Numbered from the stretch's first letter, positions 17,651 through 30,111 are shown. The stretch: 50,116 nucleotides of DNA from Vampirovibrionales bacterium (GCA_044347425.1 JBIKUS010000002.1:1-50116), one strand, 5' to 3'. The notes: a model not told the origin generated them from the sequence alone. Numbers and translations: made by a program.

Positions 17651-18955
17651 TTAGCTAAGGCTTGAGGCAACTGGCATTGGCTGAGTGACGGCTGGCTCAT
17701 GTAAGGCCATAGCCTGCATGAGGGTGTGTAAGTCGTCGTCATCAAGCCGCTTTTTTGCATCAGCCACCTGCTTAAATAAGCCCATGGCCGTTGGTAATTG
17801 GTCGGGTGTCAGCTCATACCCGAGGGCTTGCAACCTGGCTTTTAAAGCAGCACGGCCTGAGCGCGGCCCCAAGGGTAAACTAGCAGCAGGTATCCCCAGT
17901 AACGAGGGTTCCATAATTTCGTAGGTTTGTCGGCCTTTTAGCATCCCATCTTGGTGGATGCCTGATTCGTGGGCAAAGGCATTACGCCCGATAATGGCTT
18001 TGTTAGCCTGCACGCTAATGCCCGTTAATTCGGCCACAAGCTGGCTGGTTTCGTAAAAATACTGTGGGTTGATACTGGTATAAAGGCCATCAAGGGCTTC
18101 ACGGCGCACGTACAAGGCCATCACCAGCTCTTCCATGGCGGCGTTGCCAGCCCGCTCACCAATGCCGTTAATGGTGCATTCTACTTGCCTTGCCCCGTTG
18201 AGAATGCCCATTAGGCTGTTGGCCGTGGCCAGGCCCAAATCGTTATGGCAATGGGTGGAGATAATGGCTTGATCAATGTTCGGCACATTAGCTTTAATGC
18301 CTGCAATCAGCTGGCCAAATTCAGCAGGCAACGTATAACCCACGGTGTCGGGAATGTTGACAGTGGTAGCTCCCGCCTCAATAACGGCTTGCAGCACGGC
18401 GTATAAAAAAGTAGGGTCGGTACGACCAGCATCCTCAGCAGAAAACTCGACATTGGGGCAACGAGCTTTGGTATAGGCCACCATGTCTCGGGCGAGGTTT
18501 AACACCTCTAGGCGTGTTTTGTTAAACTTGGCCTCAATGTGGATGTCGCTGGTGGCAATAAAGGTGTGGATACGGGGAGAGTCTGCCAATTTGATAGCGT
18601 CCCAAGCGGCATCAATATCGGCGGTGCGACATCGGGCAAGGGCGCAAATACTCGCACCTTTAATCTCGGCAGCAATTTGCCGCACCGAATCAAAGTCTTG
18701 CGGGCTACTGGCAGGGAAGCCAGCCTCAATAATGTTGACACCTAAAGCAGCCAACTTATGGGCAATACGTAGCTTTTCGGCACTGGTCAAGGCTGCACCC
18801 GCACTTTGTTCACCATCTCTTAAGGTGGTATCAAAAATAAGCACCTGTTGCGCTGATGCGGGCAACTGAAGCGATCGTTCAGCAGATTGCTGGCCTAAGT
18901 TTGTGTGGCAATGTGGTGGTGTAAAGCCTTGAGGCATAGCAAGAACCTTTCTCAT
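17651..18955 (-). CDS. 2-isopropylmalate synthase / homocitrate synthase family enzyme (short form, no LeuA regulatory domain)
   Basis: [26 protein letters not shown] and HESGIHQDG motifs of the DRE-TIM HMGL-like family. The exact start is uncertain. Confidence 0.8.
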   Translation of the reverse strand: MRKVLAMPQGFTPPHCHTNLGQQSAERSLQLPASAQQVLIFDTTLRDGEQSAGAALTSAEKLRIAHKLAALGVNIIEAGFPASSPQDFDSVRQIAAEIKGASICALARCRTADIDAAWDAIKLADSPRIHTFIATSDIHIEAKFNKTRLEVLNLARDMVAYTKARCPNVEFSAEDAGRTDPTFLYAVLQAVIEAGATTVNIPDTVGYTLPAEFGQLIAGIKANVPNIDQAIISTHCHNDLGLATANSLMGILNGARQVECTINGIGERAGNAAMEELVMALYVRREALDGLYTSINPQYFYETSQLVAELTGISVQANKAIIGRNAFAHESGIHQDGMLKGRQTYEIMEPSLLGIPAASLPLGPRSGRAALKARLQALGYELTPDQLPTAMGLFKQVADAKKRLDDDDLHTLMQAMALHEPAVTQPMPVASSLS

Positions 18956-19210
18956 AACGGCAAACTGTATCTATAGTTTAGCGCAAAGTCGCCCACAAGT
19001 CGAGAGGCACTCCCCTACAGCAATAAACCCAATAGCAGCCTGTTTGTGCCTTTGTTAGGCCGTTGGTACATGTCAACACACATACACTCTCAAAATAAAG
19101 TGCTTTATTAACAAAGTTATTTAAAAGCTAATCTCATAAAGATAAAGCACTTCATGTATAAAGTTTAATCTTAAGAAATAAAAATAAACTTTTTAAATAA
19201 AGCACTTTAT

Positions 19211-20011
19211 TTATGGTTGATTAGCAGTAGCTTGGTTGTAGCTATGCGCTGGCTGGTTAACCGCATACAGCAGCCCTTGCACCCATGCCTTGCCTTTAAA
19301 GTTAAACAAAGCATCGTTAATAAACGGCGGGGGAGGAGTGGAAGGATCAATCGTTTTAGGGAGGGGGCTAACCAGTGTATGCAAAGCGTCTTGTACTTCT
19401 TGTTTTGAATCAGAGAGTTTGAGCCAAGACAACCCTTTAGAGAGTACTTTGGCTTTTGCGACAAAAACTGCGGGCGGCAAAGGCTTATCAAACAAGGCAA
19501 ATAACGGGGTCTGTGCCACCATGGGGTTACACGACATCACCCGCCCCACAGTAAGTACGGTGGCCCAAGCGGGGTTAAACCATTGGTAAGCAACCAGCCC
19601 ATAGTCCGAATCAGACAAGTGTGCGTGACTGACCGTGCGATAAAAGCACTTACCCGTGATACTTTGGTAACCGTCTGCCACGGCGGTATGGCGTGTTAAG
19701 TGATGGTAGCCTTTAATGGCCGCTTGGCAAGCTTGACTCACTAAACCATGCTGTAATACCGCATCCTCGGGTGGGGTAGGCGGGTCAGGGTGAGCTAGGC
19801 GAACAGCTTCCCACGCATCTGTTGTAAGGGGTGGCTTTGTTGGAAGGGTGGCTTTGGGTACGCTGGTGGATGATGTTTCTGGTTGTATGACGGGTGTTAA
19901 AGTTGGCTTATTTGGCTCTGCTGGCAGGGGTACGGTCAACCACGGCCGCTCTTGGCGGTGCTGCAACAAGGGGCTGGCTGAGCTGTTAGGTTGGCTTAAC
20001 ACGCTAGGCAT
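19211..20011 (-). CDS. hypothetical protein
   Basis: 266-aa ORF with a Pro/Thr-rich N-terminal third. I recognise no family. The 3' end is AT-rich. Confidence 0.55.
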   Translation of the reverse strand: MPSVLSQPNSSASPLLQHRQERPWLTVPLPAEPNKPTLTPVIQPETSSTSVPKATLPTKPPLTTDAWEAVRLAHPDPPTPPEDAVLQHGLVSQACQAAIKGYHHLTRHTAVADGYQSITGKCFYRTVSHAHLSDSDYGLVAYQWFNPAWATVLTVGRVMSCNPMVAQTPLFALFDKPLPPAVFVAKAKVLSKGLSWLKLSDSKQEVQDALHTLVSPLPKTIDPSTPPPPFINDALFNFKGKAWVQGLLYAVNQPAHSYNQATANQP

Positions 20012-20036
20012 TGAATAAACTCACAAAAGGGTAAGC

Positions 20037-20213
20037 TATAACTAAACATAAAGTATTTGCTACAGCGCATCTACGTTGCGGCAAGCCGAGTGATTGCTAT
20101 GCAATCTACGCTACGATTCTCGCTCAGTCATTTAGTTCTGTCTAAACTCCTGTCGCTGCGAGTCTAAGCTCCTAGTAGCTGCATCTGTTTCAAACACTTT
20201 CTGTTCAGCTATA
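20037..20213 (+). mobile_element. MITE-like dispersed repeat, copy 1 (177 bp)
   Basis: About 96% identical to the reverse complement of 38634..38780, apart from a 30-bp indel flanked by ATCTACG direct repeats. It has ~38-nt imperfect terminal inverted repeats (TATARCTRAACA...). Confidence 0.7.
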
Positions 20214-20282
20214 AGTAACCCCATAAAGGCTTCTCAAGCTAACTAACTGCTAGCAGAAAGGCTTACCCCAAAAACCAAGTGG

Positions 20283-21365
20283 CTAGCGGCACAAGAGCTT
20301 ACGCCTAAGGGCATAGCCCGCTAAAAGCACCAACAGCACACCCAGCACAATCAGCAAATACTCTTTGGCCAAGCCCACATATGAGGTGACCACGATACCC
20401 AACAGCACACTAATCCCATAAAACACCGCTGACACCCAACCAGGCGATAACCCTAGGCGCAACAAGCGGTGATGCAAGTGGTCAGCATCCGCTTTAAAGG
20501 GGCTTTGTCCTTTAGCTAAACGGCGCAAGGTCGCAAAAGTAATATCCGTAAGGGGTATCCCTAAAATCAGCAGTGGAGCCAAAATAACCACCACTGTGGT
20601 TTTAAGTACCCCCACAATAGCAATACTGGCCAGCATAAAGCCTAAAAACAACGCACCACTGTCGCCCATAAATAACTTGGCTGGGGGCAGGTTGTACACC
20701 AAAAAAGCCACGCTCGCCCCTGCTAACAGGGCTGCCAACATGGCCATATCGGGTTGAGTGGTAAATAATGCTACCAATGCTAGTGCAATGGCAGCAAACA
20801 CGCCCACGCCAGCGGCAAGGCCGTCCACCCCATCAATAAAATTGAGTGAGTTAGGCAAACCCACCAACCAGCCTACCGTTAGGGGTAAGCTAAGGGCGTT
20901 AAGCACCAGTAATTTACTACCAGGCAAATCGAGAGCTTCAATACGGACACCAAGCCCAAAGGCGATAAGTGCCGCCATAAATTGGCCTGCTAGTTTGACT
21001 TTGGGCGACAAATCCACCAAATCATCCAAAAAGCCCAACATAAAAATAAACGTGCCACCCAGTAACATGCCCAAAGCGGGGCTACTGGTGCCTGCACGTA
21101 ATAGCGGTACTTGCCCTTGCCATAAACCTACTATCCCCAAGGCGGCCAACACGCTAACGAAAATGGCCACCCCCCCCAACCGTGGTACAGGCACCGCATG
21201 GAGCTTACGCCCCCCAGGTTGATCCAGCAAGTTAGCTTTTAGAGCATAGTGGCGAACCAAAGGCACAAAGGCCAAGCCCAAAAGTAAAGCACTGCTAAAG
21301 GCAACTAACAACATGGCCAACCAAGCTGAATACCACGTTTCTGTTGGGAAAGGCAGGGCAAACAT
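20283..21365 (-). CDS. glycosyltransferase family 4 (WecA/MraY-like undecaprenyl-phosphate sugar-1-phosphate transferase)
   Basis: 360 aa, about 10 TM segments. QPGGRKLH..PVPRLGG, FLDDL and NFIDGVDGLA motifs. Confidence 0.75.
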   Translation of the reverse strand: MFALPFPTETWYSAWLAMLLVAFSSALLLGLAFVPLVRHYALKANLLDQPGGRKLHAVPVPRLGGVAIFVSVLAALGIVGLWQGQVPLLRAGTSSPALGMLLGGTFIFMLGFLDDLVDLSPKVKLAGQFMAALIAFGLGVRIEALDLPGSKLLVLNALSLPLTVGWLVGLPNSLNFIDGVDGLAAGVGVFAAIALALVALFTTQPDMAMLAALLAGASVAFLVYNLPPAKLFMGDSGALFLGFMLASIAIVGVLKTTVVVILAPLLILGIPLTDITFATLRRLAKGQSPFKADADHLHHRLLRLGLSPGWVSAVFYGISVLLGIVVTSYVGLAKEYLLIVLGVLLVLLAGYALRRKLLCR

Positions 21366-21374
21366 GGGTTGTGG

Positions 21375-22682
21375 CTATACCAAGGCAGCTTGGCTAGGCA
21401 CGGTTTGTGGGTAGCGTTCGGCAAGTTCTGGGTAAAGGGGGAAGCGTTGACCTAAGGCAACCACTCGGGCTTGCAGACTGGCCACGTCTGCGTTGGGCTG
21501 AAGCGTATCGGCAATAATGATGCCTAACTCACGCATGGCGGCTTCGTCAAAGCCTCGGGTGGTAAGGGCAGGTGTACCCAAACGCACGCCACTGGTAACA
21601 AATGGGCTACGGGGGTCGTTGGGGATGGTGTTTTTGTTGGCGGTGATGCCCACGTCCTCTAACCTGTTAGCAGCCTCTTTACCGCTCAATTCGTGGTGGC
21701 GCAGGTTGATGACCACAAGGTGATTGTCTGTACCGTTGCTGGTAAGCGTTAGCCCTTGCGCCATGAGCGTTTCGGCCAAGGCTTTGGCGTTGTCTATAAT
21801 CTGTTGGCTGTAGGTTTTAAATTCGGGGGCGAGGGCTTCTTTAAAGGCCACGGCTTTGGCTGCAATCACATGCATCAAGGGCCCCCCTTGTATACCAGGG
21901 AAGTTAGCCTTGTCGATGGCTTTGGCAAGCGATTCATCGGCACACATGATGAGGCCACCTCGTGGCCCACGGATGCACTTGTGCGTGGTGGTGGTGACCA
22001 GCTGGCAATGCGGGAAGGGGCTAGGGTGATGCCCTGTGGCCACAAGGCCAGAAATATGGGAGATATCGGCTAAAACCAATGCACCCACTTCGTCAGCCAC
22101 GGCTCTAAAGGCGGCAAAGTCAATGGTGCGGGGGTAGGCACTGTAACCGCAAATAATCAGCTTGGGCTTATGTTGGCGAGCCAGTTCAGCAACGACGTTC
22201 ATGTCGATGAGGCCAGTGGTTTCATCCACGCCATAGCTCACAATGTTAAAGTAAATGCCCGAAAAGTTGACGGGCGATCCATGGGTGAGGTGGCCACCGT
22301 GCGATAAATCCATACCCATGATGGTGTCGCCCGCCTTAAGGCCAGCGGCTAAAAAGGCAGCCATGTTGGCCTGTGCGCCACTGTGGGGCTGCACGTTGGC
22401 GTGGTAGGCTCCGAAGAGTTGCTTGGCACGGTCAATGGCCAGTTGTTCGGCTTCGTCTACCACGTGGCAACCGCTGTAGTAGCGTTTGTTGGGGACACCT
22501 TCGGCGTATTTATTAGTAAGCACGCTGCCCATGGCTTGCATGGTGGCAAGGCTGGTAAAGTTCTCGCTGGCAATCATCTCCAGGCAGTTTTGTTGGCGAT
22601 GCAATTCGGCCACGGTAATGCGGTAGATGTCGGGATCGGCTTGTTGTAGGGCGGTTAAATCCAGCATGGGGTGTGGCTCCAA
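21375..22682 (-). CDS. glyA: serine hydroxymethyltransferase
   Basis: [20 protein letters not shown] and [14 protein letters not shown] motifs. Alternative start at Met6 (22667). Confidence 0.95.
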   Translation of the reverse strand: MEPHPMLDLTALQQADPDIYRITVAELHRQQNCLEMIASENFTSLATMQAMGSVLTNKYAEGVPNKRYYSGCHVVDEAEQLAIDRAKQLFGAYHANVQPHSGAQANMAAFLAAGLKAGDTIMGMDLSHGGHLTHGSPVNFSGIYFNIVSYGVDETTGLIDMNVVAELARQHKPKLIICGYSAYPRTIDFAAFRAVADEVGALVLADISHISGLVATGHHPSPFPHCQLVTTTTHKCIRGPRGGLIMCADESLAKAIDKANFPGIQGGPLMHVIAAKAVAFKEALAPEFKTYSQQIIDNAKALAETLMAQGLTLTSNGTDNHLVVINLRHHELSGKEAANRLEDVGITANKNTIPNDPRSPFVTSGVRLGTPALTTRGFDEAAMRELGIIIADTLQPNADVASLQARVVALGQRFPLYPELAERYPQTVPSQAALV

Positions 22683-22760
22683 CAGGGTGACAGAAGGGAC
22701 TTTAAGTGAAACTATGTTACCACAAAAGCCCCTTTGCCCAATACCTTATAAACGGCAGCT

Positions 22761-24218
22761 CTACCCCACGTTAGGTTGCGTCATGGCGGCCACGGAGAGT
22801 ATCTCATCCAACCGAGCCTCGGTGATGGGTTGGCCTGCCTTGTCGACCAGTTGCATGGCTAAGGCCACTTGGCGTACGGTTTGTCCTTCGGCCAGCACGG
22901 TTTTAGCGATAGCAGCAGCGTTGGCATAGCCAATATGGGGGTTAAGTGCTGTCAACAAAATGGTGCTGTTATCAATGCGGGCTTGAATAAACTCGTGGTT
23001 GGGTTGTAACCCCATCACACAGGTTTCGGCAAATACCTTTAAGCCGTTGGTCAGCAGCGTTTGCGACTCTACCACCTTCAACAGAATCAAGGGCATCATC
23101 ACGTTAAGTTGCCATTGGCCGTTTTGAGCCGACAGCGACACGGCCAAGTCATTCCCCTGCACGGCATAGGAGAGTTGATCCATCAACTCGGGCATAACGG
23201 GGTTAACTTTACCAGGCATGATAGAGGAGCCAGGTTGCAACTGAGGCAAAGCCAACTCGCCAATGGCGGTTTTAGGGCCACTGCTGTACAGCTTTAAATC
23301 GTGAGCAATCTTCTCAAGCTCAATCGCCACAGAGCGTAAAGCAGCAGAATAATCTGCAAAAAGGCCAAAGCTGCTCGTCGCTTGAAAGTAATCACGCACG
23401 GGTTCGATGGGCCAGCCAGTCAATTCTGCCATACGTTGCGCCACTTGCACACGGTAGGCCTTGTGGGTGTTAATACCCGTACCCAACGCCGAAGCCCCTA
23501 GCCCCACCTTGCACAGCTTGGTGCTGGCGTGGTTGAGGTTGTCGATGGTGTCGGCCAAGGCGTTGGCGTAGGCACCCATTTGTTGGCCTAACGTCATGGG
23601 GACAGCGTCTTGCATGTGGGTACGCCCACAGATGAGGACGTTGGCAAACTCGTCGGCTTTTTGCCTAAAGGCTTGCTCTAGCAAGCGGCAACTGGCCACC
23701 AAAGGCTCGTGCTTTTTAAGAAAGGTGAGGCGCAACACGGTAGGGGTCACGTCGTTGGTGGATTGGCCGTAGTTGGGGTGGTCGTTGGGGTGAACGGGTG
23801 TGTAAGTACCTTTTTGGCCACCCAGCAACTCATTGGCACGGTTGGCCAAAATCTCATTACAGTTCATGTGGTTGCTGGTGCCTGTGCCACCTTGGTAAAT
23901 ATCCACAATAAACTGGTTGTTGTAACGGCCTTCAAGCAATTCGTCGCAGGCTTGTATGAGGGCGTTGCCAATTTTGTCGTTAAGTTCGGGATTGTGAGGG
24001 TCAAGCAAGCCTAGGGCCATGTTGGTTTGTGCGGCGGCTTTTTTAATAATGCCAAATGCCCAAAGGGCTTCGGGGTAATGCTGTGCGGGGAGGATGCCCG
24101 TCATCGGGAAGTTTTGGCTGCCACGTAAGGCTTGAATGCCGTAGTAGGCATCGGCGGGTACGGGCAATTGGCCTAACGAGTCTTTTTCAAGGCGGGTGGT
24201 TTCGGCAACAAGGCTCAT
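22761..24218 (-). CDS. aspA: aspartate ammonia-lyase (class II fumarase/aspartase family)
   Basis: GSSIMPGKVNP signature. DIYQGGTGTSNHMN...GQSTNDV resembles AspA more than FumC, judged from memory. Confidence 0.75.
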   Translation of the reverse strand: MSLVAETTRLEKDSLGQLPVPADAYYGIQALRGSQNFPMTGILPAQHYPEALWAFGIIKKAAAQTNMALGLLDPHNPELNDKIGNALIQACDELLEGRYNNQFIVDIYQGGTGTSNHMNCNEILANRANELLGGQKGTYTPVHPNDHPNYGQSTNDVTPTVLRLTFLKKHEPLVASCRLLEQAFRQKADEFANVLICGRTHMQDAVPMTLGQQMGAYANALADTIDNLNHASTKLCKVGLGASALGTGINTHKAYRVQVAQRMAELTGWPIEPVRDYFQATSSFGLFADYSAALRSVAIELEKIAHDLKLYSSGPKTAIGELALPQLQPGSSIMPGKVNPVMPELMDQLSYAVQGNDLAVSLSAQNGQWQLNVMMPLILLKVVESQTLLTNGLKVFAETCVMGLQPNHEFIQARIDNSTILLTALNPHIGYANAAAIAKTVLAEGQTVRQVALAMQLVDKAGQPITEARLDEILSVAAMTQPNVG

Positions 24219-24377
24219 GAATCATCTCACTTTATAGTATCAACCAAACAAGGCTAACAGTTTAGCAGACAAACGCCTATCCTCAAAGTGCCTTGTTAAC
24301 CTAAGTAAGGTAAGGTGATGAGTTGGCTTTTGCGTACGCTTTGTGTTAGTGTAACCAAGGTTTGAGCCTTGGGTTAA

Positions 24378-25730
<1,353 letters not shown>

Positions 25731-25742
25731 TGTAGCTTAGCT

Positions 25743-27155
25743 ATGCCTTTAACCAACGACGCTCTGACCCCCTTGCACCTTGCCCTCAACACGGCACGGC
25801 CAACCGTCAGGGCGTTGTTGGCTTCTCAGGCCAGTGGCGACCTTGATTCGCCCGAAGTGCTTACCCTGTTAGACGCTTTACCCCTGCCTCACGTGGGTGA
25901 GGGGGTGAGCTTGCCCCAGTGGCGACCCGCCTCGCCCCAAGCATTGGCCTTATGTCTGCTTTGGGCAGCCGAAGCAGGGGTGAAAGTAGTGGGCTGTTGG
26001 CCAGATGTGCCACAACTCGCCACCGAGGCCTCGCCTCCTCTGGCTGTTGTCGTGGATGTGTCTGCCCTTAACGCCTGTGTGGCGCATGATGTGGACGATC
26101 TCGTCATCACCACGCAAACAGGCATGAGCTTAGGCGAATTGCAGCACTTGCTTTACCAACAAGGTCAATGGCTTCCGTGGGATGCCCCACCCCAAGCCCT
26201 GTTAAGCGAGCTATTGATGACCCTTGCCCCCACCCTTGCCCAAGGCCTCAAGCGTGGCCTGCCAGAAAGTGTGTTGGGGCTAACCGTGGCCTTAGCCAAC
26301 GGCACGCTGGCCAAATGTGGCGGTAAAGTGGTTAAAAACGTCACAGGGTACGACTTACAGAAGTTTTACCTTGGCACCCGTTACCAGTTGGCGCACCCCA
26401 CTCAGGTGTCGTTGCGGTTGATGGCTTACCCCCAACAGGCCACGTGGTGTGTGGTGCAAGCCCCCACATTGGCCAGTTTACAAGCGTTTACTCAACAAGT
26501 ACTCGCCTTGCCTAGTGTGACGCTGAGTGCGTTGAATACTCTACCCGCTCACCATGCTCAAGCCTTGGGTTTACCCTTGGTGGATGCCGATAACCTCCCT
26601 TCCGACGCATGGTGCGGCTACGTGAGGGTGATGGGGCTACCCACCTTAGTATCACCCGCCCTTGAGCAACTCGGCAAATGGGCAGACGCACACGGCCTCC
26701 TCCACACAACACAGCCCAGCCAACACCCGCTCCATACCGATACCGTGGCACAAACCCTCGGCCAGTGGGCTTGCCCATGGCGAGCCACCACCTCGCCTTT
26801 CTCCCTCAATACCACCTTGGTCGCCCTGATGGCCTGCCCCTTTGGTGCCGAAATCACGACGCTGGAGGCGATGCAAGCTCACTGGCCTGTGGCTCCTACC
26901 GTGGTGCAAGTGCAACCCGCTTCGGCGTGGGTAGTGCTGGTTTGGCCAGCCGAAACGCTTACCACAACCGCCGCTGAAGCGTGGCAAACCCTGCACCAAC
27001 ACGCCCATCAGCACGATGCGGTGCTGACGGCTCTACACGCCCCACCCCAACTGGCTAAGGCCGTGGGCCAGTGGCAACACCCCACTGACTCAGCCCTAAC
27101 CGCATTAAATACGCAACTCAAACACCAGTTTGACCCTAAAGGCTGTCTGCTTTAA
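25743..27155 (+). CDS. FAD-binding PCMH-type oxidoreductase (GlcE-like)
   Basis: GGKVVKNVTGYDLQKFYLG and C-terminal QFDPKGCL resemble glycolate oxidase subunit GlcE. It is diverged and longer than usual (470 aa). Confidence 0.5.
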   Translation: MPLTNDALTPLHLALNTARPTVRALLASQASGDLDSPEVLTLLDALPLPHVGEGVSLPQWRPASPQALALCLLWAAEAGVKVVGCWPDVPQLATEASPPLAVVVDVSALNACVAHDVDDLVITTQTGMSLGELQHLLYQQGQWLPWDAPPQALLSELLMTLAPTLAQGLKRGLPESVLGLTVALANGTLAKCGGKVVKNVTGYDLQKFYLGTRYQLAHPTQVSLRLMAYPQQATWCVVQAPTLASLQAFTQQVLALPSVTLSALNTLPAHHAQALGLPLVDADNLPSDAWCGYVRVMGLPTLVSPALEQLGKWADAHGLLHTTQPSQHPLHTDTVAQTLGQWACPWRATTSPFSLNTTLVALMACPFGAEITTLEAMQAHWPVAPTVVQVQPASAWVVLVWPAETLTTTAAEAWQTLHQHAHQHDAVLTALHAPPQLAKAVGQWQHPTDSALTALNTQLKHQFDPKGCLL

Positions 27156-27895
27156 ACGTAAGCCTTGCGTTTAGTGGCTTTTTTAGGCTCTCTGTTAAGC
27201 TCCGCCAACCGAGTTAAAATGTTAGGCGTATGCTGACTGCTGGGGCAAAGGGCTAAAAACTGCCTGTAACGTCGGCTGGCGGTTTTCGTGTCGCCAGCGG
27301 TATCGTAGGCCATGGCCAAACCTAAAACCGCTAAGTGATACTGTGGATAGCGTTGCTTCAAGCCTCTAAACAAGGCGATGGCTTGCCCCGCTTGCCCTGT
27401 GTGCATATAGAGGGTGCCAAGGTTGTGGTAGGCAGCCAAATAACTCGTATCTAAGGCCAAGGCTTGTTGATACTGGGCTTGGGCGGCTGGCCAGTCGTGG
27501 TTGGCCTCGTGCGCCAACGCCAACGAGAAGCTGGCTCGGCTTTGGGTGGGCTGCACCCTGCACCACCGTTGGTAAGCTTTTAGGGCGATGGATGTGTTGT
27601 TTGTGGCCATGGCGGCATCGCCCACGGTGGCTAACACGGCAGGGTTAAGTGGCCATTGGCGCAAGGCTTGGTTAAGCAAGGGTACAAGCTCAAGGGTAGG
27701 TTTATCGGTTGCCGTATCGGCCAAGTGACGCAAGGTATCGACGGCGGCGTAGGGGCAGGGGGGCAGGGTTAGTGAAGTCTCAGGCACCGCTTGCACGGCA
27801 GGGGCTATGGGCGAGGCGACGACCTGCACCACGGGCAAGGCTTGGTTAACAACATGACGGCGCAACGGTACAACGTGGGGCGTGGCTTGACGCAT
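27152..27895 (-). CDS. TPR repeat protein
   Basis: Several 34-aa A..Y......P....A...LA-type repeats (ALKAYQRW, AQAQYQQALALD, AIALFRGLKQRYP). Confidence 0.65.
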   Translation of the reverse strand: MRQATPHVVPLRRHVVNQALPVVQVVASPIAPAVQAVPETSLTLPPCPYAAVDTLRHLADTATDKPTLELVPLLNQALRQWPLNPAVLATVGDAAMATNNTSIALKAYQRWCRVQPTQSRASFSLALAHEANHDWPAAQAQYQQALALDTSYLAAYHNLGTLYMHTGQAGQAIALFRGLKQRYPQYHLAVLGLAMAYDTAGDTKTASRRYRQFLALCPSSQHTPNILTRLAELNREPKKATKRKAYV

Positions 27896-28111
27896 GGGTG
27901 GGGTTTCTCTCTATTCTCTGTGGTGTGGCTCTAGTGTAGCAAAGGACGTTAACTGGCTAGGGCGGATGACTCTCAATCTCTATTAAATAGTGTAGGTTAG
28001 CCCGTCACCTTGTTTCATCCACCCAAGGGAGAAGGCAACGTGGCAACTTGTTAAGTGGTTTTGTTTTTATGCTGAAGTATTCTGTTAAGTCACCCGTGGA
28101 GAGCCTTTAAC

Positions 28112-28555
28112 GTGACCATAAGTTTAGCCGTAGCGCAAGCTGTAACCGACCCTACACACTTACAGGGTGTTGCAAGGTTTATGTACAACCACGGCGAACA
28201 AGTTGGCCAACTATTAACGCCTATTGGTAAAGCAGTGCATACTGTAGCACCTGCCTTAACCGCAGTGGATAGTTTCTTCAGATTACCTGAATTACGTCAT
28301 GGCATGGCACACGCCGTTGAATTGAATACAGGGGTAAGTAAACAAACGGCCGAAAATATTGTTAATGCGTCATCGGTATCAATACCGTTTACTTTTTTCG
28401 GTATCGGTCAACGAATCTCCCAAGACGGCACACTCATCTTAACTAAAAGTAGGTTATGGTGGGCAAACCAAAAACCTGTATTGCTCAGTAAGGTTCAAGA
28501 TGCAGGCTCAAACGCTTACAACCAACTGGCACGCTGGCTTAATGTAAAAGCCTAA
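28112..28555 (+). CDS. hypothetical protein
   Basis: 147-aa ORF with a GTG start. AT-richer. I recognise no family. Confidence 0.45.
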   Translation: MTISLAVAQAVTDPTHLQGVARFMYNHGEQVGQLLTPIGKAVHTVAPALTAVDSFFRLPELRHGMAHAVELNTGVSKQTAENIVNASSVSIPFTFFGIGQRISQDGTLILTKSRLWWANQKPVLLSKVQDAGSNAYNQLARWLNVKA

Positions 28556-29184
28556 CCCTCAGCCTTGTCGTTCGTATCGTCGTCATCGTCGGGAGCTTCG
28601 TCGCTTGGCCATACCACATGCGGAGCAAGCGTCAGTTGCAAGTGTGGGTAGTCACTCACCTTCAGCGTTACCGCCTCGCCAGTAGGCGAAGTCACTTGCC
28701 AGCAGGGCAAGCCTTGCTCATCCAGCGTCATGCCCAGCAGCGTCGCCTCTTGCAAAGGGAGTGCCGCCGTGGCTTCAGCATCTTTTAGGGGTACTTGGTC
28801 GGGTAGTAGTGGGGTATGGGTGTCTAACACCCAGCAGGCAACTCGTTGGCCTGCGTAAAAAGTCGCCTCGCGCGGGGTGGTTAGCGCCCTAAACAACCCA
28901 GGCGAACTCACCTCAAGGCTGTAGGGCAAGGCCAACAACTCGGGGATACTCTCTAGCGGTTCATCAATCAAACGGCTCAGGGTGGCACATTCTTCTAACG
29001 AAACCCTAAAGCCCTTGCCTTCGGCAATAAAACGCACCACCAGTTGGCCAAAGGCTTCGTCAAACTCAATGCCTAGGGGATAAAAACGGTCTTGTGGCCA
29101 GTGGGTTTCAGCCAGTTGTAGCAAGGTATGGGTTAGGCGTTGGCGTTGGCGTTGGTTTAACACGGGCGTGGCTTCCTTGAGCAA
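28552..29184 (-). CDS. rimP: ribosome maturation factor RimP
   Basis: LEVSSPGLFRAL..P..F..FAGQRV core motif. TTG start per the ORF track. The acidic C-terminal tail is unusual. It is not followed by nusA/infB. Confidence 0.65.
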   Translation of the reverse strand: MLKEATPVLNQRQRQRLTHTLLQLAETHWPQDRFYPLGIEFDEAFGQLVVRFIAEGKGFRVSLEECATLSRLIDEPLESIPELLALPYSLEVSSPGLFRALTTPREATFYAGQRVACWVLDTHTPLLPDQVPLKDAEATAALPLQEATLLGMTLDEQGLPCWQVTSPTGEAVTLKVSDYPHLQLTLAPHVVWPSDEAPDDDDDTNDKAEG

Positions 29185-29412
29185 ATGAGAGTACCCTCAC
29201 ACTAGCACAAAGCACTAGGCGATACACGCTTAATAGGTGACATCTAAAATATATACTTTTATGAAGAAGCTAGCAACAAAGGCTCACAATTTGTTTTTAT
29301 TTATTTGAAGGCTTGTTAGGCTGAGTTCGCTCACCCCTACCCTGCCCCGCCTGCACTTAAGTAGGTTTGTGTGTTTGCCCATCGTGGTTTTTTGTAGGAT
29401 AGACGTTGTTTT

Positions 29413-29661
29413 ATGAGTTCTGCTGTTAGCCCACAATTGCTGATGACGCTGATACAAAACTTTTTTGCACGCAACAACCCTGTGTTGGCCATGATGCACG
29501 AACTTAACCAAGCTATTGACTACTGGAGCAACTACGAAAGCCACAAAAAACTCCGCAAGTACGAAACCCTACTTAACGTAAAGCAAATGGAAAGTTTGCA
29601 ACGCAACATGCAAGCAGGAGCCAAACGCCCCATGGGGCAGAAGCTCAACAAAATTTACTAA
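29413..29661 (+). CDS. hypothetical small protein
   Basis: 82-aa ORF. I recognise no family. Confidence 0.4.
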   Translation: MSSAVSPQLLMTLIQNFFARNNPVLAMMHELNQAIDYWSNYESHKKLRKYETLLNVKQMESLQRNMQAGAKRPMGQKLNKIY

Positions 29662-29763
29662 ACGATGCCGTTACTCACTTTTACGATGATGTTAGTTTTT
29701 ATTAACGCAAATAGGCTCCTACACCGCTTTGTGCCGTAGGCCGACCCTTTAGGATGTGACACC

Positions 29764-30096
29764 ATGGGCTTTGCAGCCAACCAAGCCAGACTCCTTGGCC
29801 TTATTTCTCGGCAACGAGATTTAGAACTTGAGTCACACTTTATCAGCCAACACAGGCTGTACTTGGCCAACGCCATGTCAACCTTTTTTAACATGCAGGC
29901 CAAGCTGGAGCCTGGCAGCGAAGCCGCCAAAATACTCGACGCCCGTATTAAACAGCTACAACAAGCCGACAAAGTGCTTGAACTGCACGCCAACCGTATA
30001 CAAAGCCAAAGTAAGGCCATTGAGACGGAAATACAAAGCGTGCGGCAAGTCCTCAACAAATCCATCGAATCGTCGTTTGGGCTGATGGGTAAATAG
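29764..30096 (+). CDS. hypothetical coiled-coil protein
   Basis: 110-aa ORF with helical heptad-like composition. The antisense 186-aa ORF 29658..30218 is judged a shadow. Confidence 0.45.
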   Translation: MGFAANQARLLGLISRQRDLELESHFISQHRLYLANAMSTFFNMQAKLEPGSEAAKILDARIKQLQQADKVLELHANRIQSQSKAIETEIQSVRQVLNKSIESSFGLMGK

Positions 30097-30111
30097 GCCA
30101 GCTTGTTTGTG

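Noticed and set aside
18956-19210. T-box riboswitch or leucine leader-peptide attenuator upstream of the LeuA-family gene.
   Set aside because: I found no match to the conserved T-box core (AAUUAGGGUGGUACCGCG-like) on the coding strand, no Leu-rich mini-ORF and no GC-rich terminator/antiterminator pair. The region is simply AT-rich with palindromic boxes.
21170-21177. C8/G8 run inside the GT4 (WecA/MraY-like) gene as a third phase-variation tract.
   Set aside because: It encodes part of the conserved PRLGGVAIF motif about 190 nt into the gene (Gly codons). It is shorter than the C10 tract, and its sequence is constrained by the protein. It cannot be fully excluded, but there is no positive evidence.
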